Shown here: positions 13,671 through 27,270 of the stretch, one piece after another | Position numbering within the stretch: position 1 is the stretch's first letter | Layout of the letters: every line of letters starts with the position of its first letter | NCBI RefSeq assembly: GCF_044704955.1 | Contig: NC_091994.1 | Span: 95,728,001-95,792,000, forward strand | DNA length: 64,000 bases | Direction of reading: 5' to 3' | Origin: Pristiophorus japonicus | Lineage: Eukaryota | The notes under the pieces: generated by a model | Database searches by the model: none | What the model was told of the DNA's origin: nothing | The model's input: only the letters and a program-made list of their open reading frames with translations | Program-made: the position numbers and the translations under genes

Positions 13671-14450
13671 TGGAACAGAAGAGGCTGAATTATGAGGAGC
13701 CTAAATAGAGTTGATAGGAGGGACCTCTTTCCCTTAGCAGAGGGGTCAATAACCCGAGCACACAGATTTAAAGTAGTTGATAGAAGGATTAGAGGGGAAA
13801 TGAGGAAAGATTCCCTCAACCAAAGGGTGGTGGGGGTCTGGAACTCACTGCCTGAAAGGGTGGCAGAGACAGAAACCCTCATCACATTTAAAAAGTACTT
13901 GGATGTGCACAAAGAGCCGTATTCTACAGGGCTACGCACCTGGTGCTGGAAGGTGGGATTGGGCTGGATGCTCTTTTGCAACCAGCACGGACACGATGGG
14001 CCGAATGGCCTCCTTCTGTGTCGTAAGTTTTATATGATTCCATGATACACTGTCCATCAAACACTCCCAGGGCAAGTACAGCGCGAGTTAGATACAGAGT
14101 AAAGCTCCCTGTACACTGTCCCATCAAACACTCCCAGGACAGGTACAGTGTAGTATGCTTAGTCCTCATCAACATAACTCCTACATGGAGACCCTTATTA
14201 TTACACACTTTGTATAATTCATATTCCAAAACCATTCCCTTCAATATCATACACAACATTTAATCCTCATTCTTATATATTCCATATTTTCTCGTCAATA
14301 TGGAATATTGTTTCCAGAACCAGGGGTCACAGTCTAAGGATAAGGGGTAAGCCATTTAGAACCGAGATGAGGAGAAACTGCTTCACTCAGAGAGTTGTGA
14401 ACCTGTGGAATTCCCTACCGCAGAGAGTTGTTGATGCCAGTTCGTTAGAT

Positions 14451-17045
14451 ATAGAAACATAGAAAATAGGTGCAGGAGTAGGCTATTCGGCCCTTCTAGC
14501 CTGCACCGCCATTCAATGAGTTCATGGCTGAACATGCAACTTCAGTACCCCATTCCTGCTTTCTCACCATACCCCTTGATCCCCCCCTAGTGGTAAGGAC
14601 TACATCTAACTCCTTTTTGAATATATTTAGTGAATTGGCCTCAACAACTTTCTGTGGTAGAGAATTCCACAGGTTCACCACTCTCTGGGTGAAGAAGTTT
14701 TTCCTCATCTCGGTCCTAAATGGCTTACCCCTTATCCTTAGACTGTGACCTCTGGTTCTGGACTTCCCCAACATTGGGAACATTCTTCCTGCATCTAACC
14801 TGTCTAAACCCATCAGAATTTTAAACGTTTCTATGAGGTCCCCTCTCATTCTTCTGAACTCCAGTGAATACAAACCCAGTTGATCCAGTCTTTCTTGATA
14901 GGTCAGTCCCGCCATCCCGGGAATCAGTCTGGTGAACCTTCGCTGCACTCCCTCAATAGCAAGAATGTCCTTCCTCAGGTTAGGAGACCAAAACTGTACA
15001 CAATACTCCAGGTGTGGCCTCACCAAGGCCGTGTACAACTGTAGCAATACCTCCCTGCCCCTGTACTCAAATCCCCTCGCTATGAAGGCCAACATGCCAT
15101 TTGCTTTCTTAACCGCCTGCTGTACCTGCATGCCAACCTTCAATGACTGATGTACCATGACACCCAGGTCTCGTTGCACCTCCCCTTTTCCTAATCTGTC
15201 ACCATTCAGATAATAGTCTGTCTCTCTGTTTTTACCACCAAAGTGGATAACCTCACATTTATCCACATTATACTTCATCTGCCATGCATTTACCCACTCA
15301 CCTAACCTATCCAAGTCGCTCTGCAGCCTCATAGCATCCTTCTCGTAGCTCACACTGCCACCCAACTTAGTGTCATCCGTAAATTTGGAGATACTACATT
15401 TAATCCCCTCGTCTAAATCATTAATGTACAATGTAAACAGCTGGGGCCCCAGCACAGAACCTTGCGGTACCCCATTAGTCACCGCCTGCCATTCTGAAAA
15501 GTACCCATTTACTCCTACTCTTTGCTTCCTGTCTGACAACCAGTTCTCAATCCATGTCAGCACACTACCCCCAATCCCATGTGCTTTAACTTTGCACATT
15601 AATCTCTTGTGTGGGACCTTGTCGAAAGCCTTCTGAAAGTCCAAATATACCACATCAACTGGTTCTCCCTTGTCCACTCTACTGGAAACATCCTCAAAAA
15701 ATTCCAGAAGATTTGTCAAGCATGATTTCCCTTTCACAAATCCTTGCTGACTTGGACCTATCATGTCACCTCTTTCCAAATGCGCTGCTATGACATCCTT
15801 AATAATTGATTCCATCATCTTACCCACTACCGAGGTCAGGCTGAGCGGTCTATAATTCCCTGTTTTCTCTCTCCATCCTTTTTTAAAAAGTGGGGTTACA
15901 TTGGCTACCCTCCACTCTATAGGAACTGATCCAGAGTCAATGGAATATTGGAAAATGACTGTCAATGCATCTGCTATTTCCAAGGCCACGTCCTTAAGTA
16001 CTCTGGGATGCAGACCATCAGGCCCTGGGGATTTATCGGCCTTCAATCCCATCAATTTCCCCAACACAATTTCCCGACTAATAAGGATTTCCCTCAGTTC
16101 CTCCTCCCTACTAGACCCTCTGACCCCTTTTATATCCGGAAGGTTGTTAGTGTCCTCCTTAGTGAATACCGAACCAAAGTACTTGTTCAATTGGTCCACC
16201 ATTTCTTTGTTCCCCGTTATGACTTCCCCTGATTCTGACTGCATGGGACCTACATTTGTCTTTACTAACCTTTTTCTCTTTACATATCTATAGAAACTTT
16301 TGCAATCCGTCTTAATGTTCCCTGCAAGCTTCTTCTCGTACTCCATTTTCCCTGCCCTAATCAAACCCTTTGTCCTCCTCTGCCGAGTTCTAAATTTCTC
16401 CCAGTCTCCGGGTTCGCTGCTATTTCTGGCCAATTTGTATGCCACTTCCTTGGCGTTAATACTATCCCTGATTTCCCTTGATAGCCACGGTTGAGCCACC
16501 TTCCCTTTTTTATTTTTACACCAGACAGGAATGTACAATTGTTGTAGTTCATCCATGCGGTCTCTAAATGTCAGCCATTGCCCATCCACAGTCAACCCCT
16601 TAAGTATCATTCGCCAATCTATCCTAGCCAATTCACACCTCATACCTTCAAAGTTACCCTTCTTTAAGTCCTGGACCATGGTCTCTGAATTAACTGTTTC
16701 ATTCTCCATCCTAATGCAGAATTCCACCATATTATGGTCACTCTTCCCCAAGGGGCCTCACACAACGAGATTGCTAATTAATCCTCTCTCATTACACAAC
16801 ACCCAGTCTAAGATGGCCTCCCCCCGAGTTGGTTCCTCGACATATTGGTCTAGAAAACCATCCCTTATGCACTCCAGGAAATCCTCCTCCACCGTATTGC
16901 TTCCAGTTTGGTTAGCCCAATCTATGTGCATATTAAAGTCACCCATTATAACTGCTGCACCCTTATTGCATGCACCCCTAATTTCCTGTTTGATGCCCTC
17001 CCCAACATCACTACTACTGTTTGGAGGTCTGTACACAACTCCCAC
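14451..17045 (-). mobile_element. Young CR1 LINE, 5'-truncated; ORF2 (partial endonuclease plus RT) nearly intact
   Basis: ORFs 16758-17045 (YRPP, MGDFN, ILDWV) and 14496-16751 (SDHN, YLDFQKAFDKV, GVPQGSVLGP, FTDD) are in frame, separated by one TGA (likely CGA decay); (TTTCTATG)n tail; nested in an older plus-strand CR1 3' end (14317-14450 and 17046-17220). Confidence 0.95.
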
Positions 17046-17764
17046 TCAAGAGGGAGTTAGATATGGCCCTTACGGCTAAAGGGATCAAGGGGTATGGCGA
17101 GAAGGTAGGAAAGGGTTACTGAGGGAATGATCAGCCCATGATCTTAGTGAATGGTGGTGCAGGCTCGAAGGGCCAAATGGCCTACTCCTGCACCTATTTT
17201 CCATGTTTCTATGTTTCTATGACAAGTCTTTAGCTCACTATTAATTGGATGACCCCGCAACGGTTTGTGGCCCATAAATTGATTGACCCCTGTACTGTTC
17301 AAACCTTGCCTCGGGTTATCGATTTTGGCGCAGCTAATCCACTCCTTGGAATCCAAAGCTGTCACTTTAAGGTATGTTTTCTCGATGTAGCAGTGCGCAG
17401 TGAGCTCAACAAGCCTCTTTTAATTATGACTGAGCCCCAAACTTTGAAGAGTTCCATATTAATGAAGGGACAGGACGGTTCTGGTAGGATGAACGTCAAC
17501 AGAACAGAACATGACCTTGTCCCCACGAATGGATCATTTCTTCCTGTCTGGGATCCAGGCTCCGATCGCACTTGATGGCAAATCGCTCAACGTCAGAGTG
17601 ATGCGTGCAGCCATTCTCTGAAGAGTTACTGTGATGACGAGCTATTTTTATGCTGCACTATTATCAGTGATTCATTTAGCAACCGATACCTGGAAATAGT
17701 CGCTACTGATACTTGAAAGACAAAGTCCTGCTGGGTGTCTACGATAATCCTGTACCCTCTATTT

Positions 17765-17830
17765 CAGTGCTGTCCAATACATCAGCCACTAGCCACATGT
17801 GGCTAATTGGGAATCCAGATGAGGCTAATT
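17765..17830. mobile_element. hAT-Charlie (MER3/MER33-like) terminal fragment
   Basis: CAGTGCTGTCCAATAC..AGCCACTAGCCACATGTGGCTA matches the Charlie1-family end; no second TIR seen. Confidence 0.55.
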
Positions 17831-17978
17831 GCACTTCTGAGTTGTAAAGAAAAATAAGAATAGACACCATCGTTGGTCATGTGATCTCAATACTCACACC
17901 CGCACGGTGCATGCATGTGAACTTTAACCTTTTTATGCAGTGGTTGGTAAAATTGTCAGACAGAAAGCAGAGTGTGCA

Positions 17979-18310
17979 GGTGTTTCCCCTCGTGGGGGAG
18001 TCTAGAACTCGGGGGCATAGTCTCAGAATAAGGGGTCGCCCATTTAAAACGGAAATGAGGAGGAATTTCTTCTCTCAGAGGGTTGTGAATCTTTGGAATT
18101 CTCCAACCCAGAGAGCTGTGGAGGCTGGGTCATTGAATATATTTAAGGCAGAGATAGACAGATTTTTGAAAGATAAGGAAGTCAAGAGTTATGGGGAGCG
18201 GGCAGGGAAGTGGGATTGAGGCCAGGATCGGGTCAGCCATGATCTTAATGAATGGCGGAGCAGGCTCGAGGGGTACTTTGGCCTACTCCTGCTCCTATTT
18301 CTTATGTTTT
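17979..18310 (+). mobile_element. CR1 3' fragment
   Basis: FPLVGESRTRGHSLRIRGRPFKTEMRRNFFSQRVVNLWNS plus 3'UTR and tail. Confidence 0.85.
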
Positions 18311-20069
18311 GGTCGTTGTGTGTGCTTTACTTACTTGGTTACTGCTCACCGGTTATCTGCTCAAATAGTGTGTGCCACGGATAAAAGCATCAGACTTCAC
18401 CATCACGGAAACACCAGCAACGCGGTATGGAGAGGGGAGGGGTCACCATGGCCAGTTTGGCCAATCAGAATAACCACTCCAGGCCAGCGCAAGAGCGCAT
18501 CCAAAACCACCAACGAGCAGCTCCGACAGGGCAAAGGGCAAAGGGCAAGGAGCACCCAACCCCGCTCTCTGGATGGAGAGCGGGACAGGAGCAGGAGGAG
18601 AGAAAGGAGGAGGAGGAGGAGGAGGAAGGAGGGAGAAACAGGAAGAGGACAAAAGGGAATAAGCAGCAGGAGGAGAAGAAAGAGGAGGTGACAACAGAAA
18701 ACAGGAAAAGTAGAAACAATCTGGTGGTCAGCAATACAGAAAGAAAAAAAACTTGTATTTAGAGTGTCTTTCAAGACCTCCAAATGTCCCAAAGCATTTT
18801 ACAGTCAATTAAATATTTGGCGAGGGAAGCAGGGTGTGGGGGGGACTAGAAGTCAACCTGGATTCCTGCTGTTCAGCTGGGCTGGATTAAGAGAGAGTGG
18901 GTCTGAGTCTCCCCAGGTACAGAAGGTGATAATTGGAAGAATAAACGCACAAAATCCAATCAGTCGGATGGGCAGTACAGGGGTGGGACGTGTGGGGTGG
19001 GGGTAGGCGAAGGCAGCATTCCACTGCAATGCCCTCCACTGTCGAATAGCCCCACGTGTAAAGAATGGTCACCTGGGCAATGTGCCAGAGGGTGGTTGTC
19101 ACCAGTAGTCCCCGCCCATGCCGGTGCATTCGGGGGAGGTAGTGGGGGGGGCGGGGGTATATGGGGGTGGGGTGCAGTGGGGTGGGGGAGCATCTAAAAA
19201 TAAAACGCCTGCAAAAGCCACACTGAAGCAGGACAATGGCCTGCTATTCTGTCAATCCTCGGCCAGGATAGAGGAGGGAAGAGTCACAGAGCGGAATAGC
19301 TCATAGTCAGGGGAGAGCAAATGGCGTTCGGTCAGGAAACTGTCACTCAACTGTATAATTTATAAGTCCTTGTGCGATTATATAAATGCCCTAATGGAAT
19401 TACTGTCTCGACCTGGATATTGATCGAGCGCGGGCACACAGCAAACTGCACTCAAATCCAATGGTAAAAACATCTCGCAATACAAAAGACTTTAAGGGGC
19501 ATTGTCTTCATTAAAAAAAAAATCTCTGCCCCTTTAAAGTACAAATATTAGGAATCTGAAAAAAAAACCACGCATAGATGTTGGAAATAGACAGCACATC
19601 AGTCAGTGTGGGAAAGGGTGAGAGGCAGGTCGTGTGTGCTGTTGAGGTCACTTGTCAGAGCTGCAGGCTTCCAGCGTTTTCTCCGTCAACTTCATGAAAA
19701 TGTGGCAGGCAAGCCTTTCCTCGCACACCCAATACAGTGACAGACACAGTCATGGGATTCACCATCACCGATGCAGCAGCTTTAACAACAACTTGCATTA
19801 ATGCAATGCCTTTAACATAGTAAAACGTCCCCAGGCGCTTCACAGCAGTGATACAAGACAAAACAAATACATGTGACACCGAGCCACACGAAGAATTTAC
19901 AGCAGATGACCACAAGCTTGGTCAAAGAGGCGGAGAGGTTTAGGGAGGGAGTCCCAGAGGTTAGGGCCCAGGCAACTGAAGGCACGGCCACCGATGGCTG
20001 AGCTGTTATTATCAGAGATGCACAAGAGGGCAGAATTTGAGGAACGCAGACATCTCATGGGGTTGTGAT

Positions 20070-20356
20070 TATTGTGTCTGTAAGCACTCTAGTAATGACT
20101 CCACGAGGTAAGGTATTGTACTTGAACTGTGGTGACCGTAGTCCATTTATTGCAGCTCTTGAATGAGGGTACAATATGGTGAGCTCCCTTTTATACCTGA
20201 TTACCTGCAGTGTACAGGTGACCCCTAGGTCTCCACCAGTTGCACCCTCTGGTGGTACAGGCATTGTGTATACAGTGTGAAGATACATTCAGTGGTCTTA
20301 TGTAACTGTACATTGAGTGTACAGGGCATATATCTATATTATACATACACACAACA
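20070..20356 (-). mobile_element. Solo LTR (Gypsy-like) inserted in an L2 fragment
   Basis: Same termini tattgtg...cacaaca as the full element; similar internal motifs (gtgacc..agtc, ttata, ctggtgg); interrupts L2 sequence; imperfect flanks GTGAT/GTGGG. Confidence 0.7.
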
Positions 20357-21023
20357 GTGGGAGACTGAAAGAGACTAGTGATAGGGTGGGGTGAGGCCAT
20401 GGAGGGATTTGTAAACAAGGATGAGAATTTTGAAATCGAGGCGTTGCTTAACCGGGAGCCAATGTAGGTCAGCGAGCCACATAATGAGATATTAGGACAG
20501 GTGACCTAAAGCTGGGTCAAAAGAGGTAGGTTTTATAGAGCATCTTAAAAAAAGGAGGGAGAGGTAGAGAGGCAGAGAGGTTTAGGGAGGGAATTCCAAA
20601 GCTTAGGGCCTACGCGGATGAAGGAAATCAAGGATGCACTAGAGGCCAGAATTGGAGGAGCGCAGACATCTCAAGAGGGTTTGTAGGGCTGCAGCAGGTT
20701 ACAAAGATAGGGAGGGGCGAGGCCATGGAGGAATTTGAACGCAAGGATCAGAAATACAAATTTGAGGCTTTGCTAGAATTCCAGAGCTTTGGGCCTAAGC
20801 AACTGGAGGCACAGCCGCCAATGCTGGAGCGATGAAAATCGAGAATGCACAACAGGCCAAAATTGGAAGAGCCCAGAGACCTCGGAGGGTTGTGGGGCTG
20901 GAGGAGGTTACAGGGACAGGGAGGGGCGAGGCCATGGAGGGGTTTGAAAACAAGGATGTATCATAGAATGATACTGCACAGAAGAAGGTCATTTCGATCA
21001 TCGTGCCTGTATCGGCTCTTTGG

Positions 21024-22453
21024 TAGAAACATAGAAAATAGGTGCAGGAGTAGGCCATTCGGCCCTTCTAGCCTGCACCGCCATTCAATGAGTTCATGGC
21101 TGAACATGCAACTTCAGTACCCCATTCCTGCTTTCTCGCCATACCCCTTGATCCCCCTAGTAGTAAGGACCTCATCTAACTCCTTTTTGAATATATTTAG
21201 TGAATTGGCCTCAACAACTTTCTGTGGTAGAGAATTCCACAGGTTCACCACTCTCTGGGTGAAGAAGTTCCTCCGCATCTCGGTCCTAAATGGCTTACCC
21301 CTTATCCTTAGACTGTGACCTCTGGTTCTGGACTTCCCCAACATTGGGAACATTCTTCCTGCATCTAACCTGTCTAACCCCGTCAGAATTTTAAATGTTT
21401 CTATGAGGTCCCCTCTCATTCTTCTGAACTCCAGTGAATACAAGCCCAGTTGATCCAGTCTTTCTTGATAGGTCAGTCCCGCCATCCCGGGAATCAGTCT
21501 GGTGAACCTTCGCTGCACTCCCTCAATAGCAAGAATGTCCTTCCTCAGGTTAGGAGACCAAAACTGTATACAATACTCCAGGTGTGGCCTCACCAATGCC
21601 CTGTACAACTGTAGCAACACCTCCCTGCCCCTGTACTCAAATCCCCTTGCTATGAAGACCAACATGCCATTTGCTTTCTTAACCGCCTGCTGCACCTGCA
21701 TGCCAACCTTCAATGACTGATGTACCATGACACCTAGGTCTCTTTGCACCTCCCCTTTTCCTAATCTGTCACCATTCAGATAATGGTCTGTCTCTCTGTT
21801 TTTACCACCAAAGTGGATAACCTCACATTTATCCACATTATACTTCATCTGCCATGCATTTGCCCACTCACCTAACCTATCCAAGTCGCTCTGCAGCCTC
21901 ATAGCATCCTTCTCGTAGCTCACACTGCCACCCAACTTAGTGTCATCCGTAAATTTGGAGATACTACATTTAATCCCCTCGTCTAAATCATTAATGTACA
22001 ATGTAAACAGCTGGGGCCCCAGCACAGAACCTTGCGGTACCCCATTAGTCACCGCCTGCCATTCTGAAAAGTACCCATTTACTCCTACTCTTTGCTTCCT
22101 GTCTGACAACCAGTTCTCAATCCACGTCAGCACACTACCCCCAATCCCATGTGCTTTAACTTTGCACATCAATCTCTTGTGTGGGACCTTGTCGAACGCC
22201 TTCTGAAAGTCCAAATATACCACATCAACTGGTTCTTCCCTTGTCCACTCTACTGGAAACATCCTCAAAAAATTCCAGAAGATTTGTCAAGCATGATTTC
22301 CCTTTCACAAATCCATGCTGACTTGGGCCTATCACGTCACCTCTTTCCAAATGCACTGCTATGACATCCTTAATAATTGATTCCATCATTTTACCCACTA
22401 CCGATGTGAGGCTGACCGGTCTATAATTCCGTGTTTTCTCTCTCCCTCCTTTT
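21024..22453 (-). mobile_element. Young CR1 LINE 3' part (RT), same family
   Basis: ORF 21114-22268; ~97% identical to ~14451-15880; nested in another CR1 3' end. Confidence 0.95.
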
Positions 22454-22686
22454 AGAGCAATCTAATTAATCTTACTCCCCTGCTCTTTCCCCAAAGCCCT
22501 GTAATTTTTTTCACTTCAAGAATTTATCCGATTCTCTTTTGGGATTTTTAAGATCGAGGCCTTGCCAGACCAGGAGCCAATGTAGGTCAGCAAGCACACC
22601 CTTCTCCGATGGGCAAAGGAAGACAGACTTGCATTTATATAGCGCCTTTTACGACCTCAGGACATCCCAAAACACTTTATAACACA

Positions 22687-23083
22687 TGAGTCAGAAGGTT
22701 GTGAGTTCAAGACCCACTCCAGAGACTTGAGCACAAAAATCTAGGCTAATACTCAGTGCAGTACTGAGGGAGTGCTGCACTGTCGGAGGTGCCGTCTTTC
22801 GGATGAGGCTTTCACTGAGGTGGACGTAAAAGATCCCATGGCACTATTTCGAAGAGGAGCAGGGGAATTATCCTCAGATAACATTTATACCTCAATCCAC
22901 ATATCTAAAACAGGTTATCTAGTCATTATCACATTTGTCGGAGCTTGCTGTGCGTACATAGGCTGCCACGTTTCCTACATTACAACAGTGACTGCACTTC
23001 AAAAAAAGTATTTAATTGGCTGTAAAGCATTTTGGCACGTCCGGGGATCAGAAAAGGCGCTATATAAATGCAAGTCTTTCTTA
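22687..23083 (+). mobile_element. Deu-domain SINE
   Basis: GGAGGTGCCGTCTTTCGGATGAG..AAAGATCCCATGGCACTATTTCG core and the same tail; partial copies at ~11250-11370, 11655-11890, 30595-30775 and 61560-61650. Confidence 0.75.
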
Positions 23084-25039
23084 TAGCCACTTGGGGCAAG
23101 GAACCCGAGGCCATCTGTGAAACTTTGCCCAGCAAGGAGTTACTGCATAGTTGAAAGAAAGAAAGATAAGAGTCAAACGGATGCTGGGAGCTAAACGTTT
23201 GTCACACCCTTTGAGAAGGCCAATGACAATACTTTATGTTCCTCCCTCTGCCTGTACCTGGCTCAGGCAATAGTAAGTACTCATGAGAGAGAGAGGGGGG
23301 GTTGGGAATTGCTAACTGCACATCCTCCAATCTATGAAAAAAAGACTAAACAGACTCAGCAGAGATTCACACCTCGCTCTCAGTACAACTGGAAAAGCAA
23401 CGTCAGCTCTCACAGCTCCTCACAAGTGTTGCGACATTTTGTTTGTCTGGAGCCAGAATTTGCGTGTCAACTAAACAGAGAGGGCACCTCACCGTGCCAG
23501 ATCCAAAGAAAGGATCAGAAGCATTCAAAGGAACTTCTTCACTGAGCAGCTGAAGCTTAAATCAGTGTTAACCAAAACCGCCTAATTCCACCTCCGTACC
23601 ATCATCTTGCCTCAGCTCACCCGCTGCTGAAGTCCTCATCCATGTCATTGCTTACCTCTAGACTCGACGATTCCAACGCACTCCTGGTTAGCCTCCCAGA
23701 TTCTACCCTACGTAAATTGGAGGTGATCCAAAACTCGGCTGCCCGTGTCCTAACTCTCGCTAAAGTCCCGCTCACCCATCACCCCTGTGCGCGCTGACCT
23801 ACATTGGCTCCCGGTTAAGCAACGCCTCGATTTCAAAATTCTTATTGTTGTTTTCAAATTCCTCCATGACCTCGCCCCTCCCTATCTCTGTAATCTCCTC
23901 CAACCTCCCCCGCCCCCCGGGAGATGTCTGTGCTCCTCTAAGACGGCCGTGACTTCTGTAGCCTCGGCCCCAAGCTCTGGAACTCCCTGCCTAAACCTCT
24001 CCGCCTCTCCACCTCTCTTTCCTGCTTCAAGACGCTCCTTAAAACCTACCTCTTTGACCAAGCTTTTGGGTGCCTGCCCTAATTTCTCCTTATGTGGCTC
24101 GGTGTCAAATTTCTTATCTCATAATACTCCTGTGAAGCGCTTTGGGAGATTTCACTATGTTAAAGGCGCTATATAAATACAAGTTGTTATTATTGTTAAG
24201 CCCGGCTCCTATAACAGTTCAGTAAGTGGCTACACTACATGTTACAGCTCTAAGCCATATGGGCCAGGAGGTCTCAGGTTCCGTCGCCCTGTCCACTGAA
24301 GCAACGCCTCGATTTTAAAATTCTCATCCTTATTTTCAAATCCTGCCATGGCCTCGCCCCTCCCTATCTCTGTAATCTCCTCCAGCCCTACAACACTCCA
24401 AGATCTCTTCACTCCTCCAATTCTGGCCTCTGGCGCATCCTCGATTTTAATCGCACCACCATTGGTGGCCATATCTTCAGCTGCCAAACTCCTAAGTTCT
24501 GGAGTTCCCACCTCTCTATCCTCCTTTAAGACACTCCAATAAACCTACCTCTTGGTCACCTGCTCTAATATCTCCCGTTGTCAAATTTAGTCTGATCACG
24601 CTGCTGTGAAGTGCCTTGGAACATTTTACTACGTTAAAGGCACTATATAAAAACAAGTGGTTGTTGAGTGAGCAGATCGCAGCCAAGCAACACTGCCTCA
24701 GCAAGAAAACTACACATTCAGGAAAGAGCAGGGAGAACGTTGGTAAAATAGTGTAAAAAAAAGATGTGCACTGTGCAGTGGGCCTTTAAATGTTCAATAC
24801 AACAACACAGAGCCCGGCAATGTACCCAGCGCCATGCTGCACGCTGTGGAAATCGTTACCTGACTTAGCTTCTTCCTCACCTCCTCTATTTGCTGGGGTC
24901 CGGAGTTCTACAGGTGCCGGCTGCCCCTCCAGTACCTCGTCCAAATGGCCGCTATCCATCTCTGAGCCTAGGCACAAGAGCATTGGAAGGTCATTCAGCT
25001 CCACATTCACAGCCATGCCTAATCCAGTCCTCACCCAAC

Positions 25040-27270
25040 ATTCTCACGCACTTTCCAGGGGTTGCTGGAGTTCAGGTAGACAGGTACAAAAAGCACTAAT
25101 GGAACGCTGGCCTTTATCTCAGAGGACTGGAATACGAAGGAGAGGAAGTGATGCCGCAGTTGTATAGAGCTCTGGTCAGACCCCTTCGTTCAGTTTTGGG
25201 CACCGTTCCTCAGGAACGTTATATTTTCCTTGCAGTGCAGTGCAAATTCACCCGCTTGATACCAGGGCTTAGAGGGTTACAATATGAGGATAGGTTGCAC
25301 TGACTAGGCTTGTATTCCATTGAGTTTTGAAGATGAGGTGTGATCTGATCAAGGTGATTTAAAATGAGAACAGAATTCGAGAGGGTAGATCGGGAAAAAC
25401 TATTTCCTCTGGTGGGGGAATCAAGAACGAGGGAACTTAAAATTCGGGCTAGGCCATTCAAGAGTGAAATCAGGAGGCTCTTTTTCACACAATGTAGTGG
25501 AAAACCGGAACTGGCTTCTCCAAAAGGTTGCGAATACTGGGGGTCAATAGAAATGTTCAAGACTAAGATTGATATATTTTTGTTGGGGAAGGGCATCAAG
25601 GGATATGGAGCAATGGTGAGAAAATGGAGTTGAAGTGTAGATCAGCCACCAAGGGGCTGAATGGCCTCCTTCTGTTCCTTTCTCAATCAGGAACGCCAGT
25701 TGGCTGATATTCCCCTCGAACTAGCTCAAGGGTGCTGAGGCCAAGTGTAGTGTTCCAAACGCTGCCTGAACTGAGATCAGCTAACTCAGCATAGAGCACA
25801 GGACCTTCTTGGGCAGTGTGGCCTGTACTGTATTGAACAGCATCAACATCACTCACCTCGATGAGCACAAATTTCACAAAACAAGAGCTACCAATTTTAC
25901 AACCACCATAAATGTAATTTCTTTGAATTTATGTTGCTAACAGGGCAGATGCCGGGAGGATGTTTTCCCTGGTTGGGGAGTCTAGAACCAGGGGTCACAT
26001 TCTCAGAATAAGGGGCCGGTCATTTAGGACTGAGATGAGGAGAAATTTCTTCACTCAGAGGGTGGTGAATCTTTGGAATTCTCTACCCCAGAGGGCTGTG
26101 GAGGCTCAGTCGTTGAGCCTATTCAAGACAGAGATCGAAATATTTTTGGATATTAAGGGAATCAAGTGATATGGGGATAGTGCAGGAAAGTGGAGTTGAG
26201 GTAGAAGATCAGCCATGATCTTATTGAATGGTGGAGCAGGCTCAAGGGGCCGAATGCTGCTCCTATTTCTGATGTTCTTAGAATTAAAAACTTCTCTGCT
26301 GGCTAAGGCAGCAAGTACAGGCCAGGAAGTTACATAGGAAGTTCTGGCAGTAAAAGACCAAGGTCCATCTCGTTCACCTTCTACCTTCCTGGTAGTTGCA
26401 TGATAGAACGATAATGGAGTGGATGCCTAATCATGGAAATCAACCTCTAGCGTTTAGTCTGTTAGTCTATATAAACGTAAGTTGATGTAATCTACAGCAG
26501 ACCCAGACAGGAGGTGAGGAAACCCCCAGTGATGACAATAAGTTAGGAGGCACAGTAAGTAGTGCAAATGGGAGCAGGAAGTTACAAAGGGACATAGACA
26601 GATTAAGTGAGTGGGCAAAACTGTGGCAAATGGAGTTCAGTGTCGGGAAGTGTGAGGTCATCCACTTTCAATCCAAGGAAGACAAATTTCTAAATGATTA
26701 GACACTAGGAAGAATGGAGAAGCAATGAGATCTGGGAGCACTGTGTTCAGATCTGGGCACTGCCCCTCAGGAACGATGCATTGGCCTTGGAAGGGGTGTA
26801 GCACAGATTCACCAGAATGATACCGGGGCTTCGAGGGTTAAATCACCAGTACAGGTTGTATAAACTTGGCTTGAATTCTCTTGACTATAGACTATTGAGG
26901 GGTGATCTATTTAAGGTGTTAAGGATTCTGTGGAATAGACAGAGAGAAGCTATTTCCTCTGGTGGGAGTATCCAGAGCAAGAGGGCATGATGTTAAAATT
27001 AGATCCAGGCCATTCAGGGGGGAAATCAGGAAACACTTCTTTACACAAAGAGGTAGTAGTAATCTGGTAATCTCTCCACAAAAGGCTGTGGATGCTGGGG
27101 GTCATTTGGAGCTTTCAAGACTTGAGATCGATATATTTTTGTTAGGCAAGGGTATCTAGGGATATGGAGCAAAGGCAGGTAAATGGCACTGAGGTACAGA
27201 TCAGCCATGATCTAATTGAATGGTGGAACAGGCTAGAGAGGCTGAATGGCCTACTCCAGTTTCTCTGTTC
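25040..27270 (+). mobile_element. Cluster of older CR1 3' fragments (~25040-25680, 25940-26282, 26530-27270)
   Basis: Degenerate CR1 ORF2 C-terminal motifs (ESRTRGH.L.IR.R.F..E.RR.FFTQR) and 3'UTRs. Confidence 0.8.

Noticed and set aside
14496-16751. 751-aa ORF as a host gene or active LINE
   Set aside because: It is a 5'-truncated CR1 ORF2 with an upstream in-frame stop, an FTDD motif and a terminal frameshift.
18191-18792. Arg/Glu/Leu-rich ORFs as a CHD5 acidic exon
   Set aside because: The purine-rich strand is plus, opposite to CHD5, and the segment lies upstream of exon 2.
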